Notes under the pieces: model-generated | Told to the model about the DNA's origin: nothing | What the model saw: only the letters and a program-made list of their open reading frames with translations | The model's database searches: none | Program-made: the position numbers and the translations under genes | IMG/VR virus record: IMGVR_UViG_3300032270_000543 | Location: 32,001 to 96,000 of that record | DNA: 64,000 bases | Strand: one strand, 5' to 3' | Source of the DNA: a virus | Lineage: Duplodnaviria > Caudoviricetes | In this document: piece by piece, positions 31,921-41,114 of the stretch | Layout: each line of letters opens with the position of its first letter | How positions within the stretch are numbered: the stretch's first letter is position 1

Positions 31921-32718
31921 TCAGGTTCCTGGTAGTTTTGGGGTGTTTGCCTTTACAACATTGATAAAGTCTGGCGTTATGACATTTTCTTTTAGGCTAG
32001 TTGGAAACGCACCTTTTTGATTCTGCACAATGTCTTTGAAAAAATTGGCGATAGAGTACTGTATGGCAAAATTCAACGCTCTGGCGCGAAGGGCTTCGCC
32101 CGTGCTTCTGACATTATCCATTCCAAGAGTAGCAGCAGTAAGAATATTCTTGGAGTTCTCAAGATCCGCCTTGTAATTTGGAACAAGAGATCGCAGGTCA
32201 TTTTCATCAAACGGATACGATGTGCTTGCTATGGCAGAAACAAGATCGGGACTAGTCAATTTGTCAAGCAGCACAGAAGTTCTGCCGTGAGCATTCAAAA
32301 CATTGTAGATTGCATTTCCGCCAACCTGATTCAACACACCCAAACCAGTAACAGCATCCACATTCTCCTTGCCCAAGACACACGAAGCAGATTCATATAG
32401 ACTCAAAAGACCGATAGAAGACATAAGGTTCTGCGGACTCAATAGAGTGTTGATTTCTGTCTGAAATCCCGTGAGAGCAGTCCTAGATGATTCCATCGCG
32501 GTCTTCAAGGGGGTAAACACTTCCACCAAAGGATTGGGAAGTCCGTTTGGAGATAGTAGTCCGATCAAGCGAGTGAGTTTTTCGATATTTAGATCCGTTG
32601 CCTTGAGTGTGGTGGTAAGAGACTCCTTGTGTGGATTCTTAAGAATATCATGTGACAGAGCATATCCAAGAATAGGAATGTCTGTCACGGGAATCGGTAG
32701 TGGATTATCGCAAGCCAT
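31921..32718 (-). CDS. Hypothetical helical protein in the baseplate cluster
   Basis: Tightly packed 265-aa ORF with no recognised motif. Confidence 0.7.
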   Translation of the reverse strand: MACDNPLPIPVTDIPILGYALSHDILKNPHKESLTTTLKATDLNIEKLTRLIGLLSPNGLPNPLVEVFTPLKTAMESSRTALTGFQTEINTLLSPQNLMSSIGLLSLYESASCVLGKENVDAVTGLGVLNQVGGNAIYNVLNAHGRTSVLLDKLTSPDLVSAIASTSYPFDENDLRSLVPNYKADLENSKNILTAATLGMDNVRSTGEALRARALNFAIQYSIANFFKDIVQNQKGAFPTSLKENVITPDFINVVKANTPKLPGT

Positions 32719-32720
32719 AT

Positions 32721-32999
32721 TCAGCCAACCTCAAATGTTAGAGAACCAATTAGCGGAAGATCGCCACAACTGGCAATGCTATTCGTAGTTGCAATAGGTA
32801 TTCCGCCAACAACAAACGAAAAGGCTCCAGTTACAATTACAGGAACCGTGTGTATGGGAGGAAGTGGGGATGGTGGGTGAGCAGTGCCAACAGAGCCAAT
32901 AAAGCATACAGGAAATCCGTCAACCACAAAAGTTGGATTACCCACTAACATGGGTCCACCATTAATGAAGTCTATGCCCTGCCGTATTACACGCGCCAT
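32721..32999 (-). CDS. PAAR-like spike tip protein (gp5.4-like)
   Basis: R.GID...VVDGFPVC..GS...H....H.......G...VVGGIPIA......SCG; downstream of gp5. Confidence 0.85.
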   Translation of the reverse strand: MARVIRQGIDFINGGPMLVGNPTFVVDGFPVCFIGSVGTAHPPSPLPPIHTVPVIVTGAFSFVVGGIPIATTNSIASCGDLPLIGSLTFEVG

Positions 33000-33244
33000 T
33001 AGTAAGTTCCTCCCCCAATTTCACCAGTGAATCCACCCGTATTTGGAGATGGATCTTCATAGAATGCCAACAGAGTGAATCCCGACTTGGCGTCTTCTGG
33101 AACATATCCCGATGTTCGGGGAACTGTGCAAATGTAGGTTTTTCCGTTTCGCTCAACCACATCGCCATAAACATACACCTCATACTTTGAAGTACCTTCA
33201 ATGTATTTTCGATGAAAGCCTCTAAAGTTCATGTTGGCAGCCAT
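32999..33244 (-). CDS. Small protein with CBM5/12-like motif
   Basis: YVYGDVVERNGKTYIC. Confidence 0.55.
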   Translation of the reverse strand: MAANMNFRGFHRKYIEGTSKYEVYVYGDVVERNGKTYICTVPRTSGYVPEDAKSGFTLLAFYEDPSPNTGGFTGEIGGGTY

Positions 33245-34359
33245 TAGAAGATAGATCCCTTCAGATTAACTGTGCTTGGACGAACTGCTGGCAAACCAGA
33301 GTTGGCTTCGATGCGCGGGAACGGACGCATCACGAACACCGATCCAAGCGTAGAGAGCGAAATAGTAGTGGCAGACACTGCAAAGTCGCTTCCCGCATGA
33401 AACTCTATGTTCCTCGCAGCCGAAGCCTTTATGTTTCCATCAACTTGTAGATTGACATCCTTTGAAGCAAGCACATTTGCATCACCATTGATCTGTATGT
33501 TTGCATCACTGTTGATTGTAATGCTCATCTTGCCGTCCACGACAAGATTCATCCCCCTGCCGCCCGCCACATAGATGTTCTTGTTGCCATAGACTATTTC
33601 AAAGTCATCGCCAACTATGCGCTGAACGCGCGTTCCGTTTGGATGGCTTGCCCATCCATTTCCTACTTCAGTGAATGATCCCGAATTGTGATATTGTGAA
33701 ATGCGTTCGTGACCAGGCGTATCATCAAACTCCTCTGCATGACCACTTTCTGTAAAACGCACATGGTTCTTTGGATATTGAGCAGCATACGGTGTGGCGG
33801 GTTCCGACCACTGTTGACCAACGCTCATGCTTGGATTGCTCTTGATACCCGTCTTCACTGTGCTGGCTTTTTGAGCAGCAATCGTAGATTTCATTTGCGT
33901 TTGGTCGTTGTTGCGAGCAAGACGATTGGTGTCTGCTTCGTTAACAACAGAAACACCAGAAGGAACCGTTTTTGCCGCAACTTCGTATGCAGTTGCGGGA
34001 TACTTTCCATCTGGATCGTTGAATCCTTTGGTCTTGTTGGACGAGTTCTGTGGGATTCCTCCAAACGAACCAATTATGACAGGATCTTGTGCTTCTTCTC
34101 CATCACGGAAGAATCCAAATACATGGGATCCGTTTAGAAGTCCTGTTGGAGACTGACCGATTCCCGAAACTGCCGCGCTGGTGATGGGCTGCATGGGATA
34201 TGCCCACGGCAAAGATGATGTTGGAAGTTTGGTCAGGTCATCGCTATGAAATCCAAATATGCGAACTCTGCACCGACCAAGATACAACGGGTCAGCGATG
34301 TCTTCTACGACACCGTGCCACCACACAAATGAATCTCTTCCCATGAACTTTTGCATCAT
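33244..34359 (-). CDS. gp5: Baseplate hub/central spike, lacking a lysozyme domain
   Basis: WWHGVVEDIADPLYLGRCRVRIFGFH, YPKNHVRFTESGH..EFDDTPGHERI; beta-helix-like C-terminus. Confidence 0.92.
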   Translation of the reverse strand: MMQKFMGRDSFVWWHGVVEDIADPLYLGRCRVRIFGFHSDDLTKLPTSSLPWAYPMQPITSAAVSGIGQSPTGLLNGSHVFGFFRDGEEAQDPVIIGSFGGIPQNSSNKTKGFNDPDGKYPATAYEVAAKTVPSGVSVVNEADTNRLARNNDQTQMKSTIAAQKASTVKTGIKSNPSMSVGQQWSEPATPYAAQYPKNHVRFTESGHAEEFDDTPGHERISQYHNSGSFTEVGNGWASHPNGTRVQRIVGDDFEIVYGNKNIYVAGGRGMNLVVDGKMSITINSDANIQINGDANVLASKDVNLQVDGNIKASAARNIEFHAGSDFAVSATTISLSTLGSVFVMRPFPRIEANSGLPAVRPSTVNLKGSIF

Positions 34360-35699
34360 ACCCCCAAGAACGATTTGGACAGTTCCATCTTACAGGTGTA
34401 TCCCATGTTGAAAATATGCTTAATGCTGGTGACAAGATACTTGCCCCCAAGATTTTTGTCGATTGGATCATCGAACAGTTGTGCATCTGCCTGAACTTTC
34501 GGGATATACAGATCCACGATATCACCTACGCGCCTACGAGAATCACCGAAAACCTCAATCATAACCTTTTGACCAGACAACAAACTGTTCATCTGAAATC
34601 TTCTCTTCAAGTAGATATCTTCGGTTCTCATGTTGTCTACAACGGGATTGAGAACACTGTAAGCCGTATAAGGGGTCACAGGAAAATAGTCCATTGTTGC
34701 GGGCTTTGTGAAAATCTTCTCTGCCTGCGGATCCTTGCTCTGAAAGTGATTTTTGCTTCCTGTCTTTGGGATGTCTTCAAAGCCATCAAGTTCCTTGAAA
34801 TTGATTGTGCGCTGCTGCTTCTTCATCAGATCATGGACAACCAGCATGGACGAAACCTTTCCATCCATGAAGTTAGATACCATGTCAAAACGCGACAACT
34901 CCTCTAGTTTCTGTACCTTGTCGTAACGCGGTGGCAGCGGTGTCTTTTCTACAACAAACGGACTACCGATTGGAACGCCCCCGCCAATCATAAGATTTCC
35001 CGTGTTGTAGAAATACTTGATGACGCGGTTGTTGGTCGCGGCATCCTGCATGATAGAGGCTAGGCTTTTGAACTTGTATCCGTCAAGTGTTTCAAAAAAC
35101 ATGAACGGACTGTACGAGCCGTCTGTCTTGCTTACCGCCTTGGAACACAACCAATTTATGGCGCGGAACGGATTTTGATGTGCAGACAAAACAAACGAGT
35201 AGTCGTGCTTTGTGCCTTCAACATCAAGACGATCCTTCCATACTTGTTCTGGAAAGTGCCGTGTCATCACTGTGTTCACCATGTCCGACACTTTTCCGCC
35301 CACAGCATAACCGCACCGCTCGGTGAAGTTGAAATAGCCGCCTTCGCTGATTAGATGAAGAGTGTATCGTTGACTTTTGCTGTTTGGCTCTATGTGGTGC
35401 GAATCAATCTTGTAGACCCGAAACAGAAGTTTGACCGATTCAAGACCATCTACATCAGTTCTGAAAACTAGTTCAACCAACTCCTGTCCGCGAATGGGCA
35501 AAAACTCGCTGATGTTCAACCCATCGTTCATGTGAATCTTTGCCGTGATACACGGAGAATAAATGTCCTCGTAAACCTCCATGTAACTAAAAAGGTAACG
35601 AATGTTGATGTTATCTCCTGATGGCAACGAGTACATGATGAGACTTTCAAGTTGATAGTCTCCAGCCTTCATCAAGTTTCCGCCGTTGCCTGATTCCAT
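34356..35699 (-). CDS. Baseplate hub protein (gp27/GPD-like)
   Basis: EVYEDIYSP, PFRAINWL, FMFFET..GYKFKS, GGKYLVTSIKH; between gp53 and gp5. Confidence 0.7.
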   Translation of the reverse strand: MESGNGGNLMKAGDYQLESLIMYSLPSGDNINIRYLFSYMEVYEDIYSPCITAKIHMNDGLNISEFLPIRGQELVELVFRTDVDGLESVKLLFRVYKIDSHHIEPNSKSQRYTLHLISEGGYFNFTERCGYAVGGKVSDMVNTVMTRHFPEQVWKDRLDVEGTKHDYSFVLSAHQNPFRAINWLCSKAVSKTDGSYSPFMFFETLDGYKFKSLASIMQDAATNNRVIKYFYNTGNLMIGGGVPIGSPFVVEKTPLPPRYDKVQKLEELSRFDMVSNFMDGKVSSMLVVHDLMKKQQRTINFKELDGFEDIPKTGSKNHFQSKDPQAEKIFTKPATMDYFPVTPYTAYSVLNPVVDNMRTEDIYLKRRFQMNSLLSGQKVMIEVFGDSRRRVGDIVDLYIPKVQADAQLFDDPIDKNLGGKYLVTSIKHIFNMGYTCKMELSKSFLGV

Positions 35700-35700
35700 T

Positions 35701-36612
35701 TTATACTCCTAACAATGCTTCTAGTTCACGGGTGGCTTGTTTCTTGTACGCAGGATCAAGAACACGAATTTTTCGCTTATCGTCATTAACACCCATCTCA
35801 TAAATTATATTCGATACAGCATATGAGTTGTAAGCACTACCCGATATTCCCATGTATCCGCCAATAAAGGTCTGCCACATACCGTAGGTGGCACCATTCG
35901 GGGCATAGTTCAATCCCTCTGTGCTTTCAGGATATTCATCCAAAGTCACGCCGATTGATCCACTGATGCTTCCATATGTGGACGACTGATACGAAAGTGG
36001 ATCTGCGATAAATTTGTCCGCCGCACCAATATCACTAGTTCCTTTTTGCACTTCGAAATGGTGAACCGAATACTGATAATCAAGAACACGATGAATCTCT
36101 ACTGGCGTGAGAGTTCCCGTTCCTGTGTCTATTGTTGCGGAACCAGCCGCAAAAGACGGATCAGCAACAACCACACGGCAAAGCGTAGGCTCAAAGTTGG
36201 TAATGGACGCGGTGAATTTGCCTTGAGAAAGTGTGCATCCCGATACAACAGCAGGATCGAAGAAGAAGGTATCGTCTGGTTTTGTTATGAACACAGCATA
36301 TCCGCTGTATTTCTTTGAAATGTACTCCTGAAGAGCAGACTCCGACTTGCACCAATCGTGATAGGGATTGATTATGTTATTGCACAGCAAGACGAGCCAA
36401 TGATAATCGGGACTCCCGTACAGACGCTCTGCTATATGCTCGGGTCGCTCTCCATCCTTGACATCGTAGGTGTAGAATGCACCAACTCCGCTTTTTATTT
36501 CGTCCGACAGTGCGATGCGACGAAGCAGATTTCGCACCCATACAAGACGAAAGTTCTGAAGGTCTGTGCCAACAGGGTACTGAAGTACAGGAAATTTCGA
36601 GAAGTAAGCCAT
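35701..36612 (-). CDS. gp53: Baseplate wedge protein with LysM-like domain
   Basis: YFSKFP, YDVKDGERPEHIAERLYGSPDYHWLVLLCN, NDDKRKIRVL. Confidence 0.92.
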   Translation of the reverse strand: MAYFSKFPVLQYPVGTDLQNFRLVWVRNLLRRIALSDEIKSGVGAFYTYDVKDGERPEHIAERLYGSPDYHWLVLLCNNIINPYHDWCKSESALQEYISKKYSGYAVFITKPDDTFFFDPAVVSGCTLSQGKFTASITNFEPTLCRVVVADPSFAAGSATIDTGTGTLTPVEIHRVLDYQYSVHHFEVQKGTSDIGAADKFIADPLSYQSSTYGSISGSIGVTLDEYPESTEGLNYAPNGATYGMWQTFIGGYMGISGSAYNSYAVSNIIYEMGVNDDKRKIRVLDPAYKKQATRELEALLGV

Positions 36613-38489
36613 CAGAATCCTTTACCGACTTGTTCGCGTGTTGTGAGTTCGATTTCCTTGAACGATAGAGTCAGGCTGATTGCTGTGGGCGAATTGTCTT
36701 CAAAAGTAGAGAAGACACCATTGACTGTGTAGTCAACAGAAATGCTTTCACAGGCAAGACGAGCAATCTGCGGAATGGTTGGATTGTCAATCCATCCTTT
36801 TACCTTTGGATTGGGATGACTCGACAAAAACCGAACCTCGAATTCAGCAGGAGCGCGAAGAATGATTGAAGCATTCGATGCCTCCTGACCAACCACTTCC
36901 TCGTCATGTGCGGGGTTCGCATGATATCGGAAAGTATCCACGATGGTCTTTATCATCTTCGACTCATCGGGGCTGCGAGGATACATTTCCCATGTGAATT
37001 GAAAAGTTCTGTAGTCCTTTGCTTTGAAGATACGCTCAATTCGTGGATTGATCACATATCCCGTAAGAGCAGTAACCGTGCCAGCCTGACCAACTTTGTC
37101 TGCTAATTTCAATCCACCCGCTACTGCTCCCTGTGCAATAGAATCAAGCGTGTTGTTCAGGGCATCAAGCATACCCTGAGCAACCATAGTGTTTGCATCA
37201 TCATATATGAAGGTATCTTCGTTTCCAATTTTGTTGCAGATAGGCAAGTAAATGGAAACCATCTGATCGTACTTTGGAGAGTTTTGGAGTGCTTTGGTGA
37301 GTGCCGTTCCGATTCCCGCCGCAACACCAGCGGCAAGCCCTGATCCCAAACCAGCAAGTCCACCTTTAACAATGGACTCGCGCCAACTCTTTCCCGATTG
37401 TCTTGAAAGTCCAGCAGCAGTCACGGCTCCTGTAACGGCGGCTACAGCACCAACTTTGATTCCTACTTCAGTAGCATTAGTCTTTTCCAAATTGCTGCTG
37501 ACACGATTACTTACGAGTTGACGCTCTTGAACATCAAAGTTTACACCTTCAGATTCAGCGGATGTAACCGAGTCCTGACTTGCTGCGGGAGTTCCTTCCG
37601 CCATTGCCTTCAACTGCGCCACAGTCAAAGCAACATTCACCGCCATAGACATATCAATTGGCTTGGAGTCTTTGTTGGTAGCGACAAGTTCAGAAATACC
37701 TTGAGACTTGTCTCCCCGCATGGTCTTGACCGCACCGATTACAGCAGTAGTAAATTGACCTGCCGCAGCCAAAGAGCCAAGATTGTTCAGCAGACCCGTA
37801 ACCTTATCGCTCTCAACCTTTGCGTCTTTGAGTTCTTTCTTCTCAAATCTCCAAAAAATCTTGAACTGCATGACATGGGGCATCTGCGTAGTACCGATGT
37901 CCAAAGGATACTTTAGTATGCTTGGTGTCTTTCTAGACCCCTTCTTCTCTTCTGGTTTACCTTCAAGTGCTTTGACTATCTTGTTTACTTCTTTGACACC
38001 TTCAACGATGCTGTTGTCGAATGCCGTTACTACGCGGTTGGTTGCAGCAACAACTCCGTCCTTGACATTCTTGACACCCTGCTTGACAGACTGTACAGCG
38101 GCTTCACCCTGTGCAATTCCCTTGTTGACCAGTGACTGCCACAAACCTGGTTGTGACGAAGGAGCGGTCTTATCAAGAGTCTGTGGGGGGATTGACGGTG
38201 CAGGAGTCGAAGACGGAGTTTGTTCGTGGAGTTCTTCTTGAGTCCACTTTCCGTTTTTATGTGATGCGACTTGCTTTCCAGGTCCACCAAGTTGCATTCC
38301 GTTTGACTGTGCCCATATCACTTCGGCTTGTAGTCCCGCTCTGCCACGAAGTCCCTCGTCAGTCGCTCTGGCTCGTTCAGGACCATATTTTTCGATGGTT
38401 TCACGCTTCATCTTCTCATACAGATACCGCTCCAATGCCAATTTATCATTGTAAGACATTGGTGGATTTGGACCTGATGCTAATGACAT
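36612..38489 (-). CDS. gp48: Baseplate tail-tube cap with long N-terminal extension
   Basis: LKYPLD, INPRIERIFKAKDYRTFQFTWEMYPRSPDE, PTAISLTLSFKEIE. Confidence 0.85.
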   Translation of the reverse strand: MSLASGPNPPMSYNDKLALERYLYEKMKRETIEKYGPERARATDEGLRGRAGLQAEVIWAQSNGMQLGGPGKQVASHKNGKWTQEELHEQTPSSTPAPSIPPQTLDKTAPSSQPGLWQSLVNKGIAQGEAAVQSVKQGVKNVKDGVVAATNRVVTAFDNSIVEGVKEVNKIVKALEGKPEEKKGSRKTPSILKYPLDIGTTQMPHVMQFKIFWRFEKKELKDAKVESDKVTGLLNNLGSLAAAGQFTTAVIGAVKTMRGDKSQGISELVATNKDSKPIDMSMAVNVALTVAQLKAMAEGTPAASQDSVTSAESEGVNFDVQERQLVSNRVSSNLEKTNATEVGIKVGAVAAVTGAVTAAGLSRQSGKSWRESIVKGGLAGLGSGLAAGVAAGIGTALTKALQNSPKYDQMVSIYLPICNKIGNEDTFIYDDANTMVAQGMLDALNNTLDSIAQGAVAGGLKLADKVGQAGTVTALTGYVINPRIERIFKAKDYRTFQFTWEMYPRSPDESKMIKTIVDTFRYHANPAHDEEVVGQEASNASIILRAPAEFEVRFLSSHPNPKVKGWIDNPTIPQIARLACESISVDYTVNGVFSTFEDNSPTAISLTLSFKEIELTTREQVGKGF

Positions 38490-38526
38490 ACGCTATTTCC
38501 TCTCGGTGGTGCTACATATCTATGCG

Positions 38527-38967
38527 ATGGCGTACAAAGGATATTTCAAACCTCAAAACCCCACAAAATACATAGGCAATCCCACGCAGATTATGTATCG
38601 GAGTATGTGGGAGCGAAAGTTTATGAAATGGTGCGATCAAAGCACGAATGTGCTGCGTTGGGCATCTGAGGAAGTGGTCATTCCATACATGAGTCCGCTT
38701 GATCGAAAAATGCACCGATACTTCGTAGACTTCCTAGTAGAAATCAGACAGCCCGATGGGATTAAAACTTGGTTGGTGGAAATCAAACCCAAAAAACAGT
38801 GCCGCGAGCCAGAGAAGAAAAAAAAAGTAACTCGCGGTTACATTACGGAAGTACAGACTTGGATCACCAACAAGGCTAAATGGGAAGCAGCAAAAGCCGT
38901 TTCCGCATCAAAAGGGTGGGAGTTTAAAATCCTCACAGAAGACGATCTATTCAAGAAACAGCAATGA
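38527..38967 (+). CDS. gp4: Head completion nuclease
   Basis: MAYKGYFKPQNPTKYIG, YRSMWERKFM, WASEE, HRYFVDF, EIKP, FKILTE. Confidence 0.95.
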   Translation: MAYKGYFKPQNPTKYIGNPTQIMYRSMWERKFMKWCDQSTNVLRWASEEVVIPYMSPLDRKMHRYFVDFLVEIRQPDGIKTWLVEIKPKKQCREPEKKKKVTRGYITEVQTWITNKAKWEAAKAVSASKGWEFKILTEDDLFKKQQ

Positions 38968-39563
38968 GCAACACCGACACCAATGCCGAACTCAAAGAAT
39001 TGCTTGCAGAAACCACCTCTGCGCTTGGCGGCACGAACAACACCTATGCCTCGCTACTGAAGTTCCTCTCCAATGAAGGCAAGTTGTCGGTTCCAAACAG
39101 GCTCATGCCTGGTCAGATGATCTTTTTCAAATATGCACCAACGAATGAAGCATTTTTAGAATCAGATAAATACTATGATGTGTTTCCGTTGATATTTGTA
39201 ACGGAGGTGCATCGTGGGGGATTTGAAGGAATCAACCTCCACTTTGTAGACATCAAACGAAGGATGTTCCTGTTCAATGCACTGATGGATCAACTCCCAC
39301 TCAAGCGAAACACAGAGGAGTGGAGAAATCGTTTACAGATGAACTATCGCATCTTGAAGGCGGGAAAGAAGTTCAAATTTTTCTATGCGTGTTACAGGAA
39401 ATACTCGTGGGGCGGAATGCGGAAACGACCAGTAGTCATTCCATATGAGAATTGGAAAACACTGGCTGAATCGGAAACGGGCTTTTTCATAGGTGGTCGA
39501 AAGACTGGTGTGTATAGAGAATCGGCAAATCAGATCAAGAGACACAACCAAAAGGCAAGATAA
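38964..39563 (+). CDS. gp2: DNA end protector protein
   Basis: PGQMIFFKY, YYDVFPLI, GFEGINLHF. Confidence 0.85.
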   Translation: MSNTDTNAELKELLAETTSALGGTNNTYASLLKFLSNEGKLSVPNRLMPGQMIFFKYAPTNEAFLESDKYYDVFPLIFVTEVHRGGFEGINLHFVDIKRRMFLFNALMDQLPLKRNTEEWRNRLQMNYRILKAGKKFKFFYACYRKYSWGGMRKRPVVIPYENWKTLAESETGFFIGGRKTGVYRESANQIKRHNQKAR

Positions 39564-39566
39564 TCC

Positions 39567-40151
39567 ATGCCAGACGCTACAAACGCAAATCGTACCTCGT
39601 CAATTATGAACATAATGAGTTCGGTTGCTGATTCTGGTTTGGCTTTTGCCAACAGATACGAAGTAATACTATCCATACCAAGAGCGGTGAAAGCGATTGA
39701 TTTGGCTAACATCAGTCTGCGCTGCGATTCCATCAACATACCAGGAAAAGCGTTTAGCACCTCACAGTATCGAATCTATGGTCCAGCAAGAACCATGCCT
39801 TATGAGGTAACTTACAGCGGAGAACTCACTCTGTCTGTCATACTATCAGCCGATATGCGCGAACGGCGTATATTTGAATCGTGGACTACGCTGGTGTCCA
39901 ACCCAGAAAACTTCAAAATGGGTTACTACAACAACTATGTGGCGGACAATATGCTCATACGAATCCTCACCAAGGCAGACACGGTGGTGTACGAAGCCGT
40001 GGTAGAAGAGGTGTATCCCAAGTCGATTGGCGATCTTCAACTAGGATATGAGAAAGACAACGAAATACTACGCCAAGACATAACCCTTGCGTATCGCAAA
40101 TATACCCCAAACTTCTACACACAAAACCTAACAGGAATAGTGGGTCAGTAA
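39567..40151 (+). CDS. Tail tube initiator (gp54/gp19-like)
   Basis: GLAFANRYEV, CDSINIPGK, ERRIFESW, VYPKSIGDLQL. Confidence 0.8.
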   Translation: MPDATNANRTSSIMNIMSSVADSGLAFANRYEVILSIPRAVKAIDLANISLRCDSINIPGKAFSTSQYRIYGPARTMPYEVTYSGELTLSVILSADMRERRIFESWTTLVSNPENFKMGYYNNYVADNMLIRILTKADTVVYEAVVEEVYPKSIGDLQLGYEKDNEILRQDITLAYRKYTPNFYTQNLTGIVGQ

Positions 40152-40197
40152 TAAACCGCCTAAATAGAATAGTCACATTATTGAAAAGGTGAAAACT

Positions 40198-40905
40198 ATG
40201 AACAAGTTGAAACTACCAGTTGCACAAGTTCCGTACTATACTGCCACTCTTCCCGTATCGGGAATCACCACCAAGTACAGACCGTTTGTCGTTAAAGAGG
40301 AGAAGATCCTCTTGGTGGCTTTGCAGTCACAGGACTCTCAGCAGATTTCCGATGCCATGAGCAGCATCATATCACTATGCACCAATGGAAACATAGACAC
40401 CTACAAAATATGCTCTGCTGATGCGGAGTACATCTTCTTGCAGATCCGTGCCAAGTCGATTGGTGAAGAAGCAAAGCCACAGGTCATGTGTGGCAAGTGT
40501 CAAACACAGACTTCCCTCAAGGTACGATTGGATGAAGTCGCATTGAAGACTTCCACACCCAAATCTGACACAACCATAAAACTAGATGATGATGTCAGTC
40601 TGATTATGCGATATGCAAATATTCACGATCTTGATACAAACAAGTCTCCCGTGGAAGCGGCTTTCGATCTAGCCAAGCAGTGTGTTGAAGCGGTCATCAT
40701 TGGAGAAGATGTAGTTACACGGACAGAAATAGATGATGCTGATTTGGGGAACTTCATCGACAACCTGACTCCAAAAGGCTTCGAGCAGATCATGGACTTC
40801 TTTGAAACCACACCCAAACTGAACTATGGGATTGAGTACACCTGTCCCAAGTGCAGAGAGAAGGTAAAGGTGGAGTTCAAGAGCATTACTGATTTTTTTC
40901 GCTAA
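40198..40905 (+). CDS. gp26: Baseplate hub subunit/chaperone
   Basis: KYRPFVVKEEKILLVA, EYIFLQIRAKSIGE, two CxxC; ends DFFR* on GAT TTT TTT CGC TAA. Confidence 0.93.
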   Translation: MNKLKLPVAQVPYYTATLPVSGITTKYRPFVVKEEKILLVALQSQDSQQISDAMSSIISLCTNGNIDTYKICSADAEYIFLQIRAKSIGEEAKPQVMCGKCQTQTSLKVRLDEVALKTSTPKSDTTIKLDDDVSLIMRYANIHDLDTNKSPVEAAFDLAKQCVEAVIIGEDVVTRTEIDDADLGNFIDNLTPKGFEQIMDFFETTPKLNYGIEYTCPKCREKVKVEFKSITDFFR

Positions 40906-41084
40906 CCCTTTGCCACAGTGATCTAGCCTCATATTTTCAGACAAACTTTAACCTTATGCAGCACCACCACTGGTCGCTGTCTGAAATAGAGGAAATGATG
41001 CCTTGGGAAAGGGAGGTATACATACAAATGCTGATTGCCCACCTCAAGGAAGAGCGCGAGAGGGCTAGAAACACAAAGCAGTGA
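40893..41084 (+). CDS. gp51: gp51-like hub assembly protein, probably made as a -1 frameshift extension of gp26
   Basis: The -1 frame from the T7 run reads FFSLTLCHSDLASYFQTNFNLMQHHHWSLSEIEEMMPWEREVYIQMLIAHLKEERERARNTKQ*; the first ATG (40956) has no SD. Not in the ORF track. Confidence 0.85.
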   Translation, partial: FFSLTLCHSDLASYFQTNFNLMQHHHWSLSEIEEMMPWEREVYIQMLIAHLKEERERARNTKQ

Positions 41085-41114
41085 GCGTCTTCATTTTGAT
41101 ATTAGAGGATACTC

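Noticed and set aside
1253-38575. Many plus-strand and alternative-frame ORFs over the structural genes
   Set aside because: They are antisense or off-frame shadows of well-supported T4-like genes, with no recognisable motifs.
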